A stretch of DNA of 64,000 nucleotides from NCBI GenBank assembly GCA_963785725.1, contig CAWAWS010000007.1, positions 416,001 through 480,000 on the forward strand. Direction: 5' to 3'. The notes under the pieces are model-generated. The model made no database searches. It was not told the DNA's origin and worked only from the letters and a program-made list of their open reading frames with translations. Position 1 is the stretch's first letter; every line of letters begins with the position of its first letter. The stretch comes from an uncultured delta proteobacterium (lineage in GTDB: Bacteria > Myxococcota_A > Polyangia > Palsa-1104). A program made the position numbers and the translations under genes. Shown piece after piece: positions 1 to 10,564 of this stretch.

Positions 1-961
1 CCGCGCGGCCGGCCGGATCGGCGTCGAGCATGAGCACGACTTCGCGGGCGAAGCGCTTGAGCAGCTTGACCTGCTCGCCGGTCATGGCCGTGCCTTGCGG
101 CGCGACCGCGTAGTCGACCCCGTGCTGATGCAAGGTCATGACGTCGAAGTTGCCCTCGACGACGAGCGCGCGACCGCCCTTGCGAATGGCGTGCTTGGCC
201 ACGTGCAGACCGAATAGGTTTTCGCCCTTCTTGAACAAGAGGGTCTCGGGCGAATTCTTGTATTTCGGCTGATCTTCGCTGCTGATGACGCGGCCGCCGA
301 AGCCGATGACTTCACCCATCGGCGACGTCAGCGCGTAGACGACGCGGTTGACGAAGGTATCGAAGTGCGTGCCGTTTTCGCGGCGGCGAATGAGGCCCGC
401 GCGCTCCGACAGCTCGGCCGGCACCTTCTTCTGCTCGAGATGGCGCGCCAGCGCTTCCCAGCCGGCGGGCGCGAAGCCGACGCGAAAGGTCTCGGCCGTC
501 TTGTCGTCGAGCCCGCGCGTCGCGAGGTAGGCGCGCGCCGCTTGCGCCGCCGGCGTCTGCAGCTGCGCGACGTAGAACGTGGCCACGAGATCGTGCAGCC
601 GCACCAGCTTGGCGCGCTCGCTCTCGGCCGCGCGCAGCCGCTCTTCCTCGCGCGGCGAGCGCGTCGGCTCGGGCAGCTCGACGCCGGAGCGCTGCGCGAG
701 CAGGCGCAGCGTCTCCATGAACGACTTGCCTTCGAGCTCGGAGAGGAACTTGATGACGTCGCCCGACTTGCCGCAGCCGAAGCAGTGGAAGAATTGCTTC
801 TGCGCGTTGACGTTGAACGAGGGCGACTTCTCGTTGTGAAACGGGCATAGACCCTTGTGGTTCACGCCCGTGCGCTTGAGCGTCACGTATTCGCCGATGA
901 CCGCGACGATATCCGTGCGGTCCCGGATCTCGGCGATTTTGTCCTCCGGGATCAAGCCCAA
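1..961 (-). CDS. dnaG: DNA primase (5' part; continues beyond window start)
   Basis: Manual minus-strand translation from TTG 961 gives LIPEDKIAEIRDRTDIVAVIGEYVTLKRTGVNHKGLCPFHNEKSPSFNV...FHCFGCG (CHC2 zinc finger), then KYKNSPET and VVEGNFDV (TOPRIM). Absent from the ORF track because it runs off the edge. Confidence 0.97.
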   Translation of the reverse strand, partial: MGLIPEDKIAEIRDRTDIVAVIGEYVTLKRTGVNHKGLCPFHNEKSPSFNVNAQKQFFHCFGCGKSGDVIKFLSELEGKSFMETLRLLAQRSGVELPEPTRSPREEERLRAAESERAKLVRLHDLVATFYVAQLQTPAAQAARAYLATRGLDDKTAETFRVGFAPAGWEALARHLEQKKVPAELSERAGLIRRRENGTHFDTFVNRVVYALTSPMGEVIGFGGRVISSEDQPKYKNSPETLLFKKGENLFGLHVAKHAIRKGGRALVVEGNFDVMTLHQHGVDYAVAPQGTAMTGEQVKLLKRFAREVVLMLDADPAGRA

Positions 962-1184
962 GCTAATACTTTCATCACGATGGGTTGCTCGGAAACGCGC
1001 GATCCTATGAAGCAAGCGGCCCCAGTCAAGGGAAAAGCGTCCGCGCGCCCGGCGAGCACGCCATACTATGTTCGGCGTCATCGGCGGAGTCAAATCGCTC
1101 GCCGTCTTTTCTGGAATGAATTCGCCGGGTGTAGCGTTCGGGCAAAAATTTTGACAGGGACGAAATCGGGGCTGAAGCTGAGGC

Positions 1185-1520
1185 ATGCTGCCTGAACGCC
1201 GATCGACGCCCCGCCGCCGCATGCGCGATATGTTGCCCGAGCGGGAGACGAAGAATCCGAAGCTGGCCGCGAGCACGGAGCTGAAGAACCTCTTGCTCTT
1301 CCTCGACGACGACGTGCGCGAATCGGGCAAGGCGCTGGTGCGCGTCGAGAAATATCTCGGCCGCACGCTGGCGCTGCTCGACGCGACCGAGGTCTCGAGC
1401 GACGACTTGCGCGAGCTCGCGAAGGAGCAGGAGATCTTCGACGATCTCCACACTCTCGTCGACACGCTTGCCTCGCTTCGCGCCCGCATGGGCAAGGTCG
1501 CCTCCTCGTTACGGCCGTAA
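1185..1520 (+). CDS. hypothetical helical protein
   Basis: 111-aa ORF with host-like codon usage, divergent from dnaG. Start may be 1221 or 1230. Confidence 0.7.
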   Translation: MLPERRSTPRRRMRDMLPERETKNPKLAASTELKNLLLFLDDDVRESGKALVRVEKYLGRTLALLDATEVSSDDLRELAKEQEIFDDLHTLVDTLASLRARMGKVASSLRP

Positions 1521-1648
1521 ACGCCCGTAGCGGCGGGGTATAGCAGCGTCCGGGCGGAACGCCAGCGCCGGGCGCGATCGTTTTGCCTGCTTTTCTCGGC
1601 GACGGTGTCTGCCGACCCCGCTGCCGCGCGTGCTAAAACTGGAGTCGC

Positions 1649-2371
1649 TTGACCCCAGAATCGCCCCAGAATTCGCGGCGCATCGTCGCTGAAGTGCTCG
1701 GCGTGTTCGCGCTGGCGACGGTCTTGTCGGCGCTGCTGGTGCTCGCGCCGGCGAGCTGGTCGCTCGTGCACAACAACGTGCATGCGCTGGTGGCGCTGGT
1801 GTTCATCGCGCTGCCGCAGCTCGTGTTGCCGCGACGGCAAAACATCGAGAGATACGGGTTCACCTGGCAGCCGCTGGCGCTCGGGCTGACCATCGCCGCG
1901 GTGGCGATCGTGGTCGTGCTGCCGCTGTTCGCGCTCGGCTTCGTGGCGCTGTTGCGGCTCGGCTGCGGGCATTTCCCGGAGTGGGTGCCGGGAGCGTGCT
2001 GGAAGGTGACACATCCCGTTTGGCGTCTGCCGCCGCAGTTTGCGCTGGCGGTGCCGGCGCAGCTGATCGTCGTCGGGCTGCCCGAGGAGCTGTTCTTTCG
2101 CGGCTACATCCAAGGTCGGCTCGACGACGCCTGGCCGCCGACACGTCGGTTGTTGGGCGCGCTCGTCGGTCGCGGCTACGTGCTGCAGGCGGCGCTGTTT
2201 GGGCTCGGCCACTACCTGGTGTCGTTCGAGCCGCAGATGTTGTCGCGCTTTTTCCCGGCGTTGGCGTTCGGCTGGATGTATGCGCGCACGCGCTCGATCC
2301 TCGCCGGCACGATCTTCCACGCCGCTTGCAACTTGCTCATGGCGTTCCTCAGCGCCAGCCTATTGTCGTGA
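1649..2371 (+). CDS. CPBP/Abi family intramembrane glutamic protease (possibly myxosortase-like)
   Basis: Multiple TM segments and the motifs EELFFRG, FGLGH, FHAACN. Confidence 0.88.
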   Translation: MTPESPQNSRRIVAEVLGVFALATVLSALLVLAPASWSLVHNNVHALVALVFIALPQLVLPRRQNIERYGFTWQPLALGLTIAAVAIVVVLPLFALGFVALLRLGCGHFPEWVPGACWKVTHPVWRLPPQFALAVPAQLIVVGLPEELFFRGYIQGRLDDAWPPTRRLLGALVGRGYVLQAALFGLGHYLVSFEPQMLSRFFPALAFGWMYARTRSILAGTIFHAACNLLMAFLSASLLS

Positions 2372-3021
2372 CTCGCGCCGCGGCGTTCTTCGACATGGAC
2401 CACACGCTTCTGCAGTGCAACACGGCCAGCTTGTGGCTGCGTTGGCTCAGGCAGCACAACGAAATCTCGATCTATCGCACGCTGCGCGCCATCGGCTGGC
2501 TGATGCAATACAAGCTGGCGGTGCTCGACATGGAATCGGTGACGGCGCGGGCGATCGCCGAGATGGCGGGGCAGTCGGAGGATGATTTGGTCGTCAAGAC
2601 GCGGGCGTTCTTCGCGGCGCAGGTGTTGACGGCGGTGGCTCCGAAGGCGCTGGAGGCGGTGAAGCGGCATCGTGACGAAGGGCACGTCATGGCGATTCTG
2701 TCGTCGTCGACGCCGTATATGGTCGAGCCGTTGGCGCAGCACTTGGGGATCGAGCACGCGATTTGTACGCGGCTGAATGTGAGCGACGGGAAGTTCGCGG
2801 GGACGCACGTGCGGCCGGCCTGTTACGGCGCGGGCAAGGTGCATTGGGCGGAGGCGTTCGCGGCGGCGAACGACGTGGATTTGCGGAGCAGCTATTTTTA
2901 TACCGACAGCTATAGCGATCTGCCGATGCTGCAGCGGGTGGGGATGGCGCGGGTGGTCAATCCGGATGCGCGGCTGAAGCGGCATGCGCGGCGCGTGGGG
3001 TGGGACGTCGATTTGTGGTGA
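2368..3021 (+). CDS. HAD-IB family hydrolase
   Basis: GTG overlaps the upstream stop (GTGA). Motifs FFDMDHTL, SSS, K, YTDSYSDLPML, VVNPD. Confidence 0.92.
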   Translation: MTRAAAFFDMDHTLLQCNTASLWLRWLRQHNEISIYRTLRAIGWLMQYKLAVLDMESVTARAIAEMAGQSEDDLVVKTRAFFAAQVLTAVAPKALEAVKRHRDEGHVMAILSSSTPYMVEPLAQHLGIEHAICTRLNVSDGKFAGTHVRPACYGAGKVHWAEAFAAANDVDLRSSYFYTDSYSDLPMLQRVGMARVVNPDARLKRHARRVGWDVDLW

Positions 3022-3058
3022 TGCGCGCCGAGGGTGGGCGCGGAGTGCGCGGCGGGCG

Positions 3059-3260
3059 GCGCGATTGCGGGACGTGCGGCGCGATTGCGGGACGTGCGGG
3101 CGCGATTGCGGGACGAGTGGGCGCGATTGCGGGACGTGCGGGCGCGGAATGCGCGGAGTGCGGGCGCGATTGCGGGACGTGCGGCGCGATTGCGGGACGT
3201 GCGGGCGCGGAATGCGCGGCGTGCGGCGCGGAGTGCGCCGCGAGTGGCGCGATTGCGTGC
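3059..3260. repeat. degenerate tandem repeat, 20-21-bp unit GCGCGATTGCGGGACGTGCG(G)
   Basis: About 9 imperfect copies directly after the HAD gene stop. Confidence 0.9.
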
Positions 3261-3420
3261 TCGGCGGGCGCGCATGCGCGGCGGTAGGCTCGCCGGGCCG
3301 AGCGGTCATTCGGTTTACGGCACGGCGAGGCCGGGCGGGCGCAGCGAGCCGGCCGCGCCCGGCCTCGCTCCGTCGGGCCGGCCATCGGCGGATCGCGCAC
3401 GACGATCGCGAGGCTTATCG

Positions 3421-3456
3421 CGGGCTCGGTCTCGCAGCGCCGACGTTCGCCCCCAA
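3421..3456 (+). repeat. dispersed repeat, copy 1 (inverted copy at 23655-23690)
   Basis: CGGGCTCGGTCTCGCAGCGCCGACGTTCGCCCCCAA is identical to the reverse complement of 23655-23690. Confidence 0.9.
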
Positions 3457-3518
3457 ACGCAACGCTAGCCGCGAGCACGACTTTTCGCGTCGCAGCGGCG
3501 CGTGGTACAAGCGCGGGC

Positions 3519-4346
3519 ATGTTGACTCCTGCCGTGGAAGCGTTGATCGCGCTGGCGATCGAAGAGGATCTCGGGCGCGGCGATGTGACGTCGGAGGCGA
3601 TCTTCGACGCGGCGGCGACGACTGCGGGCGTCATCATCGCCAAGGAGCCGCTGACGGTCGCCGGCGCGGCGGTCGCGGCGGCGGTGTTCGCGCGCGTCGA
3701 CGGCGGGACGCGCGTCGTGGTGCAAGCGGGCGACGGCAGCCGCGTGACCAAAGGTGACGGCGTCATTCGCGTCGAGGGCCGCACCCGGGCGTTGTTGGCG
3801 GCGGAGCGTACGGCGTTGAACTTCTTGCAGCGGCTGTCGGGCGTGGCCACGTTGACGCGGCAGTTCGTCGACGCCGTGGCCGGCACGCGGGCGCGCATTT
3901 GCGACACGCGCAAGACGGCGCCCGGCTGGCGCGTACTCGACAAGCTCGCCGTCGTCGCCGGCGGCGGCGTCAATCATCGCGCCGATCTGGCGAGCGGCGT
4001 GCTCATCAAGGACAACCACGTCATCGCCGCCGGCGGAGTGCGCGCGGCGGTCGAGCGGGCGCGGCAGCGGGCGCCGCATTCGTTGCGCGTCGAAGTCGAA
4101 GTGACGGAGCTGGCGCAGATCGAAGAAGCCTTGGCCGCCGGCGCCGAAGTGGTCTTGCTCGATAATATGGACGCGGCGAACGTGCGCGCGGCGGTGGGGC
4201 AGATCGCCGGCCGCGCGATCGTCGAAGTCTCGGGCGGCATCAATTTGCAGACGGTGCGCGCGTTCGCCGAGGCGGGGCCGGATCGGATCTCGGTCGGCGC
4301 GCTGACGCACTCCGCGCGCGCGGTCGACCTGTCGCTCGAGCTGTGA
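3519..4346 (+). CDS. nadC: nicotinate-nucleotide diphosphorylase (carboxylating)
   Basis: [62 protein letters not shown]. Confidence 0.98.
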   Translation: MLTPAVEALIALAIEEDLGRGDVTSEAIFDAAATTAGVIIAKEPLTVAGAAVAAAVFARVDGGTRVVVQAGDGSRVTKGDGVIRVEGRTRALLAAERTALNFLQRLSGVATLTRQFVDAVAGTRARICDTRKTAPGWRVLDKLAVVAGGGVNHRADLASGVLIKDNHVIAAGGVRAAVERARQRAPHSLRVEVEVTELAQIEEALAAGAEVVLLDNMDAANVRAAVGQIAGRAIVEVSGGINLQTVRAFAEAGPDRISVGALTHSARAVDLSLEL

Positions 4347-5818
4347 CCGGCAAGCGCGGCAGCGGCGGTGGTCGCGCCGGCACTGCGGGTCTCGGTGCGC
4401 GTCACGCTGGCAACGGCCGCGGCGGATCCGGCAATCGCCGCGACAATGCAGCCGGTGGTGCTGACGGCAAACGCCACAACGACGCCGGCGCCGCGGACGA
4501 CGATCGCCGAGCAGCCGGCGATGCTGACGGCAAACGCGACGACGACGCCGGCGCCACGGACGACGATCGCCGAGCAGCCGGGGATGATGACGGCAAACGC
4601 CGTGACGACGCCGGCGCCGCGGACGACGATCGCCGAGCAGCCGGCGATGCTGACGGCAAACGCCACAACGACGCCGGCGCCACGGCCGACGACCGCCGAA
4701 CCGCCGGCGACGACGCCGGCGCCGCGGACGACGACCGCCGAGCCAACCCGTCGCCGGCAGCCCCGACTCCCGCCGACGCCACGGACGACGATCGCCGCCG
4801 CACAGATTCGCCGCCGGCCGGCGCGACTCCCGTCGACGCGCTCGTCGCGCCATCGTCTTCGTCCGACGAGCGCCTGCTGCAGCTGCTGCGGGGCGCCGAC
4901 TTCGTCTCCGGCGAACACATCGCCGACCTGCTCGGCGTCTCCCGCGCCGCTGTCGGCAAGCGCGTCACCGAGCTGCGCAAACGCGGCTTTGCCATCGCCG
5001 CTACGCCACGGCGCGGCTACCGGCTCGACGGCGAACCCGATGCCCTCGACGCCGCCGTCGTGCAGCCGCGCCTTGCCACCGACTGGCTCGGCCGCGCCTG
5101 GCGCCACCTGCCGACCACTGGTTCAACCAATGACGAAGCCGCCGCGTGGGCACGGGCCGGCGCGCCGGCCGGCGCCGTCGTCGTCGCCGACGCGCAGACG
5201 CGTGGTCGCGGTCGCCTCGGGCGTCGCTGGCATTCGCCGTCGGGCGCCAGCCTCTACTTCTCGGTCGTCCTGCGCCCGCCGCTGCCGCCACATCGCGTGC
5301 CGCCGTTGACGCTCGCGGCCGGTGTCGCCGTCGCCGAAGCCTTGACCGCGCTCGACATCACGCCGCAGCTGAAGTGGCCCAACGACGTCCTCCTCGACGG
5401 CAAGAAAGTCGCCGGCATCCTCACCGAGATGAGCTCCGATTCGATCGTGTCCATCACGTCGTCGTCGGCATCGGCGTCAACCTCAACACGCGCGACTTCC
5501 CCGACGAGTTGGTCGCGATCGCCACGTCGGCGGCGTTGGTGCGCGGCCTCCCCGTCGTGCGCGCCGACTTCGCCGCCGCGTTGTGCGGCCGCTTGGAACA
5601 TTGGTTTGACCGCTTCGTCGCCGAAGGGCCGGCCGTCGTCGCAGTCGCCTGGAAGCAGCACGCCCGCATTTTCGGTCGCCGCGTTCGCGTGACCGCCGGC
5701 CGCGACATCCTCGAAGGCATCGCCGAAGATCTCGGAAGACGACGGCGCCCTTCGTCTTCGCCTCGACGATGGCCGCTCCACGCGCGTCATCGCCGGCGAA
5801 GTCACCCCATTGGTTTGA
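4343..5818 (+). CDS. birA: biotin--[acetyl-CoA-carboxylase] ligase/repressor with repeat-derived N-terminal extension; two apparent frameshifts (~5440, ~5734)
   Basis: HTH segment ([21 protein letters not shown]), [42 protein letters not shown] continues in another frame and DDGALRL...IAGEV in a third, ending at TGA 5816-5818. Confidence 0.9.
4443..4800. repeat. 63-bp tandem repeat (~4.5 copies plus decayed copies) in the birA 5' region
   Basis: GACGCCGGCG unit starts at 4481, 4544, 4607 and 4670. Confidence 0.9.
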
Positions 5819-6143
5819 CCATTCCCCACAGCGCCGCTTCGGTCGACGGTCGTGAAGTGCCCACGGGCACGATTGTGGCGTGATTCGACGTACTGCCGCG
5901 TCTCCCGCGATTCGCGAACGCGATCGTCGCAATGGTTTAACCATTGCGACTAATGGTTTAACCATTGCCGGAAGCGAGGCGCCGACCGGCGACGTCGCGT
6001 GTTCCGCAGCGCGCAGATCGCGAGAGAGCAGCTCCGCCCGCGGGGGGCGTACTAGACTGGATCGTCGAGCGTTCGGCGAATCCGGGAATCCGCGGCCATT
6101 TGAGACACGAGGGACGCGTGTCTCGGCGATTTCTTCGCTGTCT

Positions 6144-6178
6144 GCGCGCTCGAATTGGTTTAACCAATTCGAGCGCGC
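6144..6178. repeat. perfect 17-bp inverted repeat centred on one TGGTTTAACCA site, between convergent birA and lolA
   Basis: GCGCGCTCGAATTGGTT-T-AACCAATTCGAGCGCGC. Confidence 0.85.
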
Positions 6179-6208
6179 GCTCGTTCGCGAGCGCAAACAA
6201 ACGGCCGC

Positions 6209-6844
6209 CTAATGAAAGGCGTTTTCCGGCAGCGTCACGTTCTTCGCCAGCTTGGTGAAGACGATCTCTTTCTCGTCGCCGTTCGGCTCGACGAGCGCGA
6301 TCGCCCGCAACAAATGCGTCTTGCCGTCGAGTCGCAGCTCGACGCGCGCGAACGCTCGCGCCACCGTGCTCGCCGGCTTCGGCGTCAGCAGCAGCGTCGG
6401 CGCAGCCGCCGTACCGCCGCTCGCGAGCTCGTAATCCGCACGCGCCTGCGCCAGCGAGCCCGACCCCAACCACACGAGCAGCTGGTCGAAGATGGCGCGC
6501 ATCGTCGCGTCCTTGGCCAGGTCGAAGACCTGCGGCGCCGCACCCGGCGACGACAGCGTGGCTCGATTCCCGTCGAGAATCAGCGTCGAAGGATCGGGCG
6601 TCGTGTACTCCCAGCGAATTTGCCGCGGCTGCCGAAAATAGAGCTTCCCGTGCGCGACCAGCTCTTGCTTGAACAGCTTGACCCGATTCCTCTGCGTGAA
6701 CTCGCCGCTCAAGGTCGTGACGGAAGCCTTCGCCGCGTCGACCTCCTTCAGCAACGCGTCCAACGGCGGCGCTTGCGCATGTCCCATCGCCGCGATGCCC
6801 AAGATCACCCACGCAGCGACGGCAGCGAGTAATGGTTTAACCAT
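6209..6844 (-). CDS. LolA-like outer-membrane lipoprotein carrier
   Basis: Signal peptide MVKPLLAAVAAWVILGIAAMGHAQA, then GEFTQ...GKLYFRQPRQIRWEYTTP. The frame stays open upstream to GTG 7276 through a repeat. Confidence 0.88.
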   Translation of the reverse strand: MVKPLLAAVAAWVILGIAAMGHAQAPPLDALLKEVDAAKASVTTLSGEFTQRNRVKLFKQELVAHGKLYFRQPRQIRWEYTTPDPSTLILDGNRATLSSPGAAPQVFDLAKDATMRAIFDQLLVWLGSGSLAQARADYELASGGTAAAPTLLLTPKPASTVARAFARVELRLDGKTHLLRAIALVEPNGDEKEIVFTKLAKNVTLPENAFH

Positions 6845-6899
6845 TCCCCCGCCCCGTCGCGCTCGCCCATACGCCGACAGCTTGCCAGCAGACGCAGCC

Positions 6900-7245
6900 G
6901 CCGCGTCCCTATTCACGCCGGCAAACGAAGTGGCTGCGTCGTCGCTCACGCCGGCAAACGCGCCGGCTGCGTCGTCGTTCAGGCTGGCAAACGAATTGGC
7001 TGCGTCCTTTTGGCCGGCAAACGAAGCGTCTGGGTCGTCGCTCAGGCTGGCAAACGAGGTGGCTGGGTCGTCGCTCAGGCTGGCAAACGAGGTGGCTGCG
7101 TCGCTGTTCAGGCTGGCAAACGAGGTGGCTGCATCGTCGTTCAGGCTGGCAAACGAGGCGGCTGCGTCGCTGTTCAGGCCGGCAAACGCGCTGACTGCGT
7201 CATCGTTCAGGCCGGCAAACGCGCTGACGGCGTCGTCGTTTACGG
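6900..7245. repeat. 33-bp tandem repeat (~10 copies) between ACP and lolA
   Basis: Unit approximately GGCAAACGAGGTGGCTGCGTCGTCGTTCAGGCT, read as LNDDAATSFAS in the lolA frame. Confidence 0.9.
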
Positions 7246-7272
7246 TCGCAACCGCGCCGGTCGCGCGGTCGC

Positions 7273-7533
7273 TCACGCCGGCGGCCGGTTGGCGCCGACA
7301 TACTCCGCCAGCGCGCTCACCGACGAGAACACCTTCTTGCCGACCGCTTCGTCGGGGATGGTCACGTGATACTTACGCTCGATCGCCACCGCCAGCTCGA
7401 GCGCGTCGATGCTGTCCAGCCCCAACCCCTCCTGAAACAGCGGCGCGTCGTCGACGATCTGCTCCGCCGTGACGTCCGAAAGGTTCAAGCTGCCGATGAT
7501 CAGTTCCTTGATGTCCCGCTTTAGATCGTTCAT
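7273..7533 (-). CDS. acyl carrier protein
   Basis: GLGLDSIDALEL phosphopantetheine motif; 86 aa, acidic. Confidence 0.95.
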   Translation of the reverse strand: MNDLKRDIKELIIGSLNLSDVTAEQIVDDAPLFQEGLGLDSIDALELAVAIERKYHVTIPDEAVGKKVFSSVSALAEYVGANRPPA

Positions 7534-7552
7534 TCGCCCTTTCAAGTTCGCC

Positions 7553-8263
7553 TTACGTCAGCCCGCCGTCAACTCCGAGCACCGTGCCCGTCAGATACGC
7601 GGCTCCGTCGGAGCACAGCCACGCCGCGGCCGCCGCGATTTCCTCGGCGCGACCCGGCCGGCCGAGCGGAATCGCGCGCAGTAGCTCGGCGCGCGCTTTC
7701 TCCGGCAGCGCCGCCGTCATCTCCGTTTCGACGAAGCCGGCGCACAAGCAATTCACCGTGATCTGAAAGCGCGCCACTTCTCGCGCCAGCGATCGCGTGA
7801 GCCCGATCAGCCCCGCTTTTGCCGCGCCATAATTGGTTTGACCAATACGCCCCAGCATCGCCGTCGGCGAGACGATATGCACGACGCGTCCCCAACGCCG
7901 CCCGATCATCGCTTTGATCGCCTGCTTGCCGACGAGAAATCCCGCCTTCAGATGCACCGCCAAGACGTCGTCGAAGTCTTGCTCCGGCATCATCAGCATC
8001 AGCTTGTCGCGCGTAAACCCGGCCGCGTGCACGACGACGTCGAAGCCGCGCTCGCCCTCGACGTCGAAGAGCGCCTGCACTGCCGCCGCCGAGCTAACGT
8101 CACAGCGCGCCACGGCAATGGTTGAACCATTGTCGGCGACCGCCTGCGCAGCCGCGTCATCGTGCGCGTACAGCGCCAGCACGTCGTGGCCGGCAGCAGC
8201 GAGCGCGCGCGCGATCGCTAGGCCGATGCCCTTGGTTCCCCCGGTCACTAGCGCGCGTCGCAT
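7553..8263 (-). CDS. fabG: 3-oxoacyl-ACP reductase (SDR)
   Basis: TGGTKGIG, AGFTRDKL, GQTNYGAAKAG, VDGG. Confidence 0.92.
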   Translation of the reverse strand: MRRALVTGGTKGIGLAIARALAAAGHDVLALYAHDDAAAQAVADNGSTIAVARCDVSSAAAVQALFDVEGERGFDVVVHAAGFTRDKLMLMMPEQDFDDVLAVHLKAGFLVGKQAIKAMIGRRWGRVVHIVSPTAMLGRIGQTNYGAAKAGLIGLTRSLAREVARFQITVNCLCAGFVETEMTAALPEKARAELLRAIPLGRPGRAEEIAAAAAWLCSDGAAYLTGTVLGVDGGLT

Positions 8264-8323
8264 GGGTCCGCATGTATATACGTACAGCGTGGCTGCTTCA
8301 ATGGTTCAACCATTTCCGCTATC

Positions 8324-9142
8324 GTGCGCTCGATGATCCGCGGCTGGCCTTGGGCCCGACTCGTCTTCGGCCTCGCTGTCGCCGGCAGCGTCGGCGCGAT
8401 CGTCCGCACGCTCAGCGGCGGCAACCTCCCGTGGTGGTGCTTGGCGACGATCGCGATCGCGCTCATATCCAGCATCGGCGCCGGCGTTTTCATGCTCGGC
8501 AGCGGCCTCTTCGCGCGCCCCATTCTCGCCGTCGATCCCGCGCGCGCCGGCGATCGATTGGCCATCACCTTCGACGACGGTCCCGACGAAGAGCACACGC
8601 GCGCCGTCGCTGCGCTGCTCGAGGCGCGCGGCCATCGCGGCACGTTCTTCGTCATCGGCCGCCGCGCAGCCGCGGCTCCGGCGCTCTTGGCGGAGCTCGT
8701 GCGGCGCGGCCATGGGCTCGGCAACCACTCGTTCACGCACGCCTACACGACGCCGTTCCAGCATCCGAAGCGGCTCGCCGCCGATCTGGCGCGCGCGCAG
8801 GACCTGTTTGCGCAGGCGGGCGCGCGCGTCCGCTTTTTTCGTCCGCCCGTCGGGCTGCTGTCGCCGCGCGTGGTGGAAGCGGCGCGGCGAATTGGTTTAA
8901 CCATTGTCGGCTGGAGCGCGACCGCGCGCGATGGTCGCGCGTCGACGACGGCGGCCGCGGCGGCGGCGCGGCTCATCGCGGCGGCGCGGCCAGGCGCGAT
9001 CTTGGTGCTGCACGACTCTGCCGAGCGCGGCGCGCGCGTCCCCGTCGCCGCGGCGGCGCTGGTGCCGCTGCTCGACGCGCTGGCGGCGCGCGGCTTGCGC
9101 AGCGTGACGCTCGACGAGCTCATCGGAAACGAGGAGAACTGA
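8324..9142 (+). CDS. polysaccharide deacetylase family protein with N-terminal TM segments
   Basis: ITFDDGP, GNHSFTH, FFRPPVG, ILVLHD. Confidence 0.93.
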   Translation: MRSMIRGWPWARLVFGLAVAGSVGAIVRTLSGGNLPWWCLATIAIALISSIGAGVFMLGSGLFARPILAVDPARAGDRLAITFDDGPDEEHTRAVAALLEARGHRGTFFVIGRRAAAAPALLAELVRRGHGLGNHSFTHAYTTPFQHPKRLAADLARAQDLFAQAGARVRFFRPPVGLLSPRVVEAARRIGLTIVGWSATARDGRASTTAAAAAARLIAAARPGAILVLHDSAERGARVPVAAAALVPLLDALAARGLRSVTLDELIGNEEN

Positions 9143-9903
9143 TGTCCGTACGCGTGGAGAAAAATGGCGCCGTCACGACGGTGGTCTTGAGCCGCGCCGA
9201 CGTGCGCAATGCCGTCGATCGCGATCACGCAGAGGCGCTGGCCGACGCCTTTCGCCGCTTCGAGGCCGACGACGGCGCGCACGTGGCGGTGCTCTTCGGC
9301 GAAGGCGGAAACTTCTGCGCCGGCGCCGACCTGAAGGCGATGTCGGCGGGGAATCCCAACCGTGTCGAGCCGAGCGGCGACGCGCCGATGGGCCCGACGC
9401 GCTATTTGCTGCGCAAGCCGGTCATCGCCGCGGTCGCGGGCTATGCCGTCGCCGGCGGGTTGGAGCTGGCCTGTTGGTGTGACCTGCGCGTGGTCGAAGA
9501 GGACGCGGTATTCGGCGTCTTTTGCCGTCGCTGGGGTGTGCCGCTCATCGACGGCGGCACCGTGCGCTTGCCGCGGCTCATCGGCCTGTCCCGCGCGCTC
9601 GACCTGATCCTGTCCGGCCGCCCCGTCGGCGCCGCCGAAGCATTGGCGATAGGTCTGGCCAATCGGGTCGTTCCGCGCGGCGACGCGCGCGCTGCCGCCG
9701 AGGCGCTCGCCGCCGAGCTCGCGAGCCTGCCGCAGCTGTGCCTACGCAACGACCGGTTGTCGACGTACGAGCAAGCGGCGATGACGATTCCCGAGGCGCT
9801 CGACAATGAGTTCGCCCACGGCTGGACATCGCTGGCGCACGCGGCCGAAGGCATCGATCGCTTCGTCGGCGGCGCCGGTAGACACGGCGGCAAACCCCAA
9901 TAG
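9142..9903 (+). CDS. enoyl-CoA hydratase/crotonase
   Basis: ATG overlaps the upstream TGA. FCAGADL, KPVIAAVAGYAVAGGLELA, WGVPLIDGGTVRLPRLIG. Confidence 0.95.
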   Translation: MSVRVEKNGAVTTVVLSRADVRNAVDRDHAEALADAFRRFEADDGAHVAVLFGEGGNFCAGADLKAMSAGNPNRVEPSGDAPMGPTRYLLRKPVIAAVAGYAVAGGLELACWCDLRVVEEDAVFGVFCRRWGVPLIDGGTVRLPRLIGLSRALDLILSGRPVGAAEALAIGLANRVVPRGDARAAAEALAAELASLPQLCLRNDRLSTYEQAAMTIPEALDNEFAHGWTSLAHAAEGIDRFVGGAGRHGGKPQ

Positions 9904-10459
9904 CAAATGGTTAAACCAATCCCCTAAATGGTTTAACCATTTTCGAGTGCCGCTCTTCGATTGTGGCATTCACGGAAACGGCACCGCCACCAAATCCCGA
10001 GGAATGCTTAACCATCGGAGAGATGGTTTGACTGATCGCTGTGCCGCGAAATGCGGGCTCGACGCAAAGTCGGGGGGGGGGGAGACGACGGCTGCCGCGG
10101 CGCGAGTGGCAGCGCCGGTTGTGCGCGCGTGTCGCGAGTGGCGGAAGAGGGTCGCGCCAGTCGTCAACACCTCCTCGAGCGCGTTGGCGACATTATTGGC
10201 GTTCTGATCGCGCAGCAAACGCCGAGTCGGGTATCAATGGTTAAACCAATTGTAGGAATGGTTTCACCATCGACCGTTGCCGAGAGCGGGGCGTGCTCCG
10301 AACATCGGCGGGCGCATGGCGGACACGGCGACCGTGCCGTCGGTGGGCTTCCCGCGAGCAGCTGCCGCGTGCCGCGAAGTCTGCCGCCGGCCGGACGTCG
10401 GCCGCGCGCCGAAACATCGGCCGGCGTGCGTGCGATCGTCCGCAACGCTGTAACCGTTG

Positions 10460-10564
10460 GGGCGTGCTGCGAACGTCGGAGGGCGTGCTGCGAACGTCGG
10501 AGGGCGTGCTGCGAACGTCGGAGGGCGTGCTGCGAACGTCGGAGGGCGTGCTGCGAACGTCGGA
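10460..10564. repeat. five perfect copies of the 21-mer GGGCGTGCTGCGAACGTCGGA
   Basis: Units start at 10460, 10481, 10502, 10523 and 10544 in a convergent intergenic region. Confidence 0.95.

Noticed and set aside
10001..10035. Additional degenerate TGGT/ACCA sites (also ~9650 and ~15389)
   Set aside because: They have two or more mismatches or wrong spacing, so they were not counted among the 30.
10072..10082. Poly-G tract as a phase-variation switch
   Set aside because: It lies between convergent gene ends, not in a promoter or credible ORF.
10460..10564. Possible CRISPR array (also 3059-3260 and 6900-7245)
   Set aside because: Units are head-to-tail with no unique spacers, and no cas genes are present.
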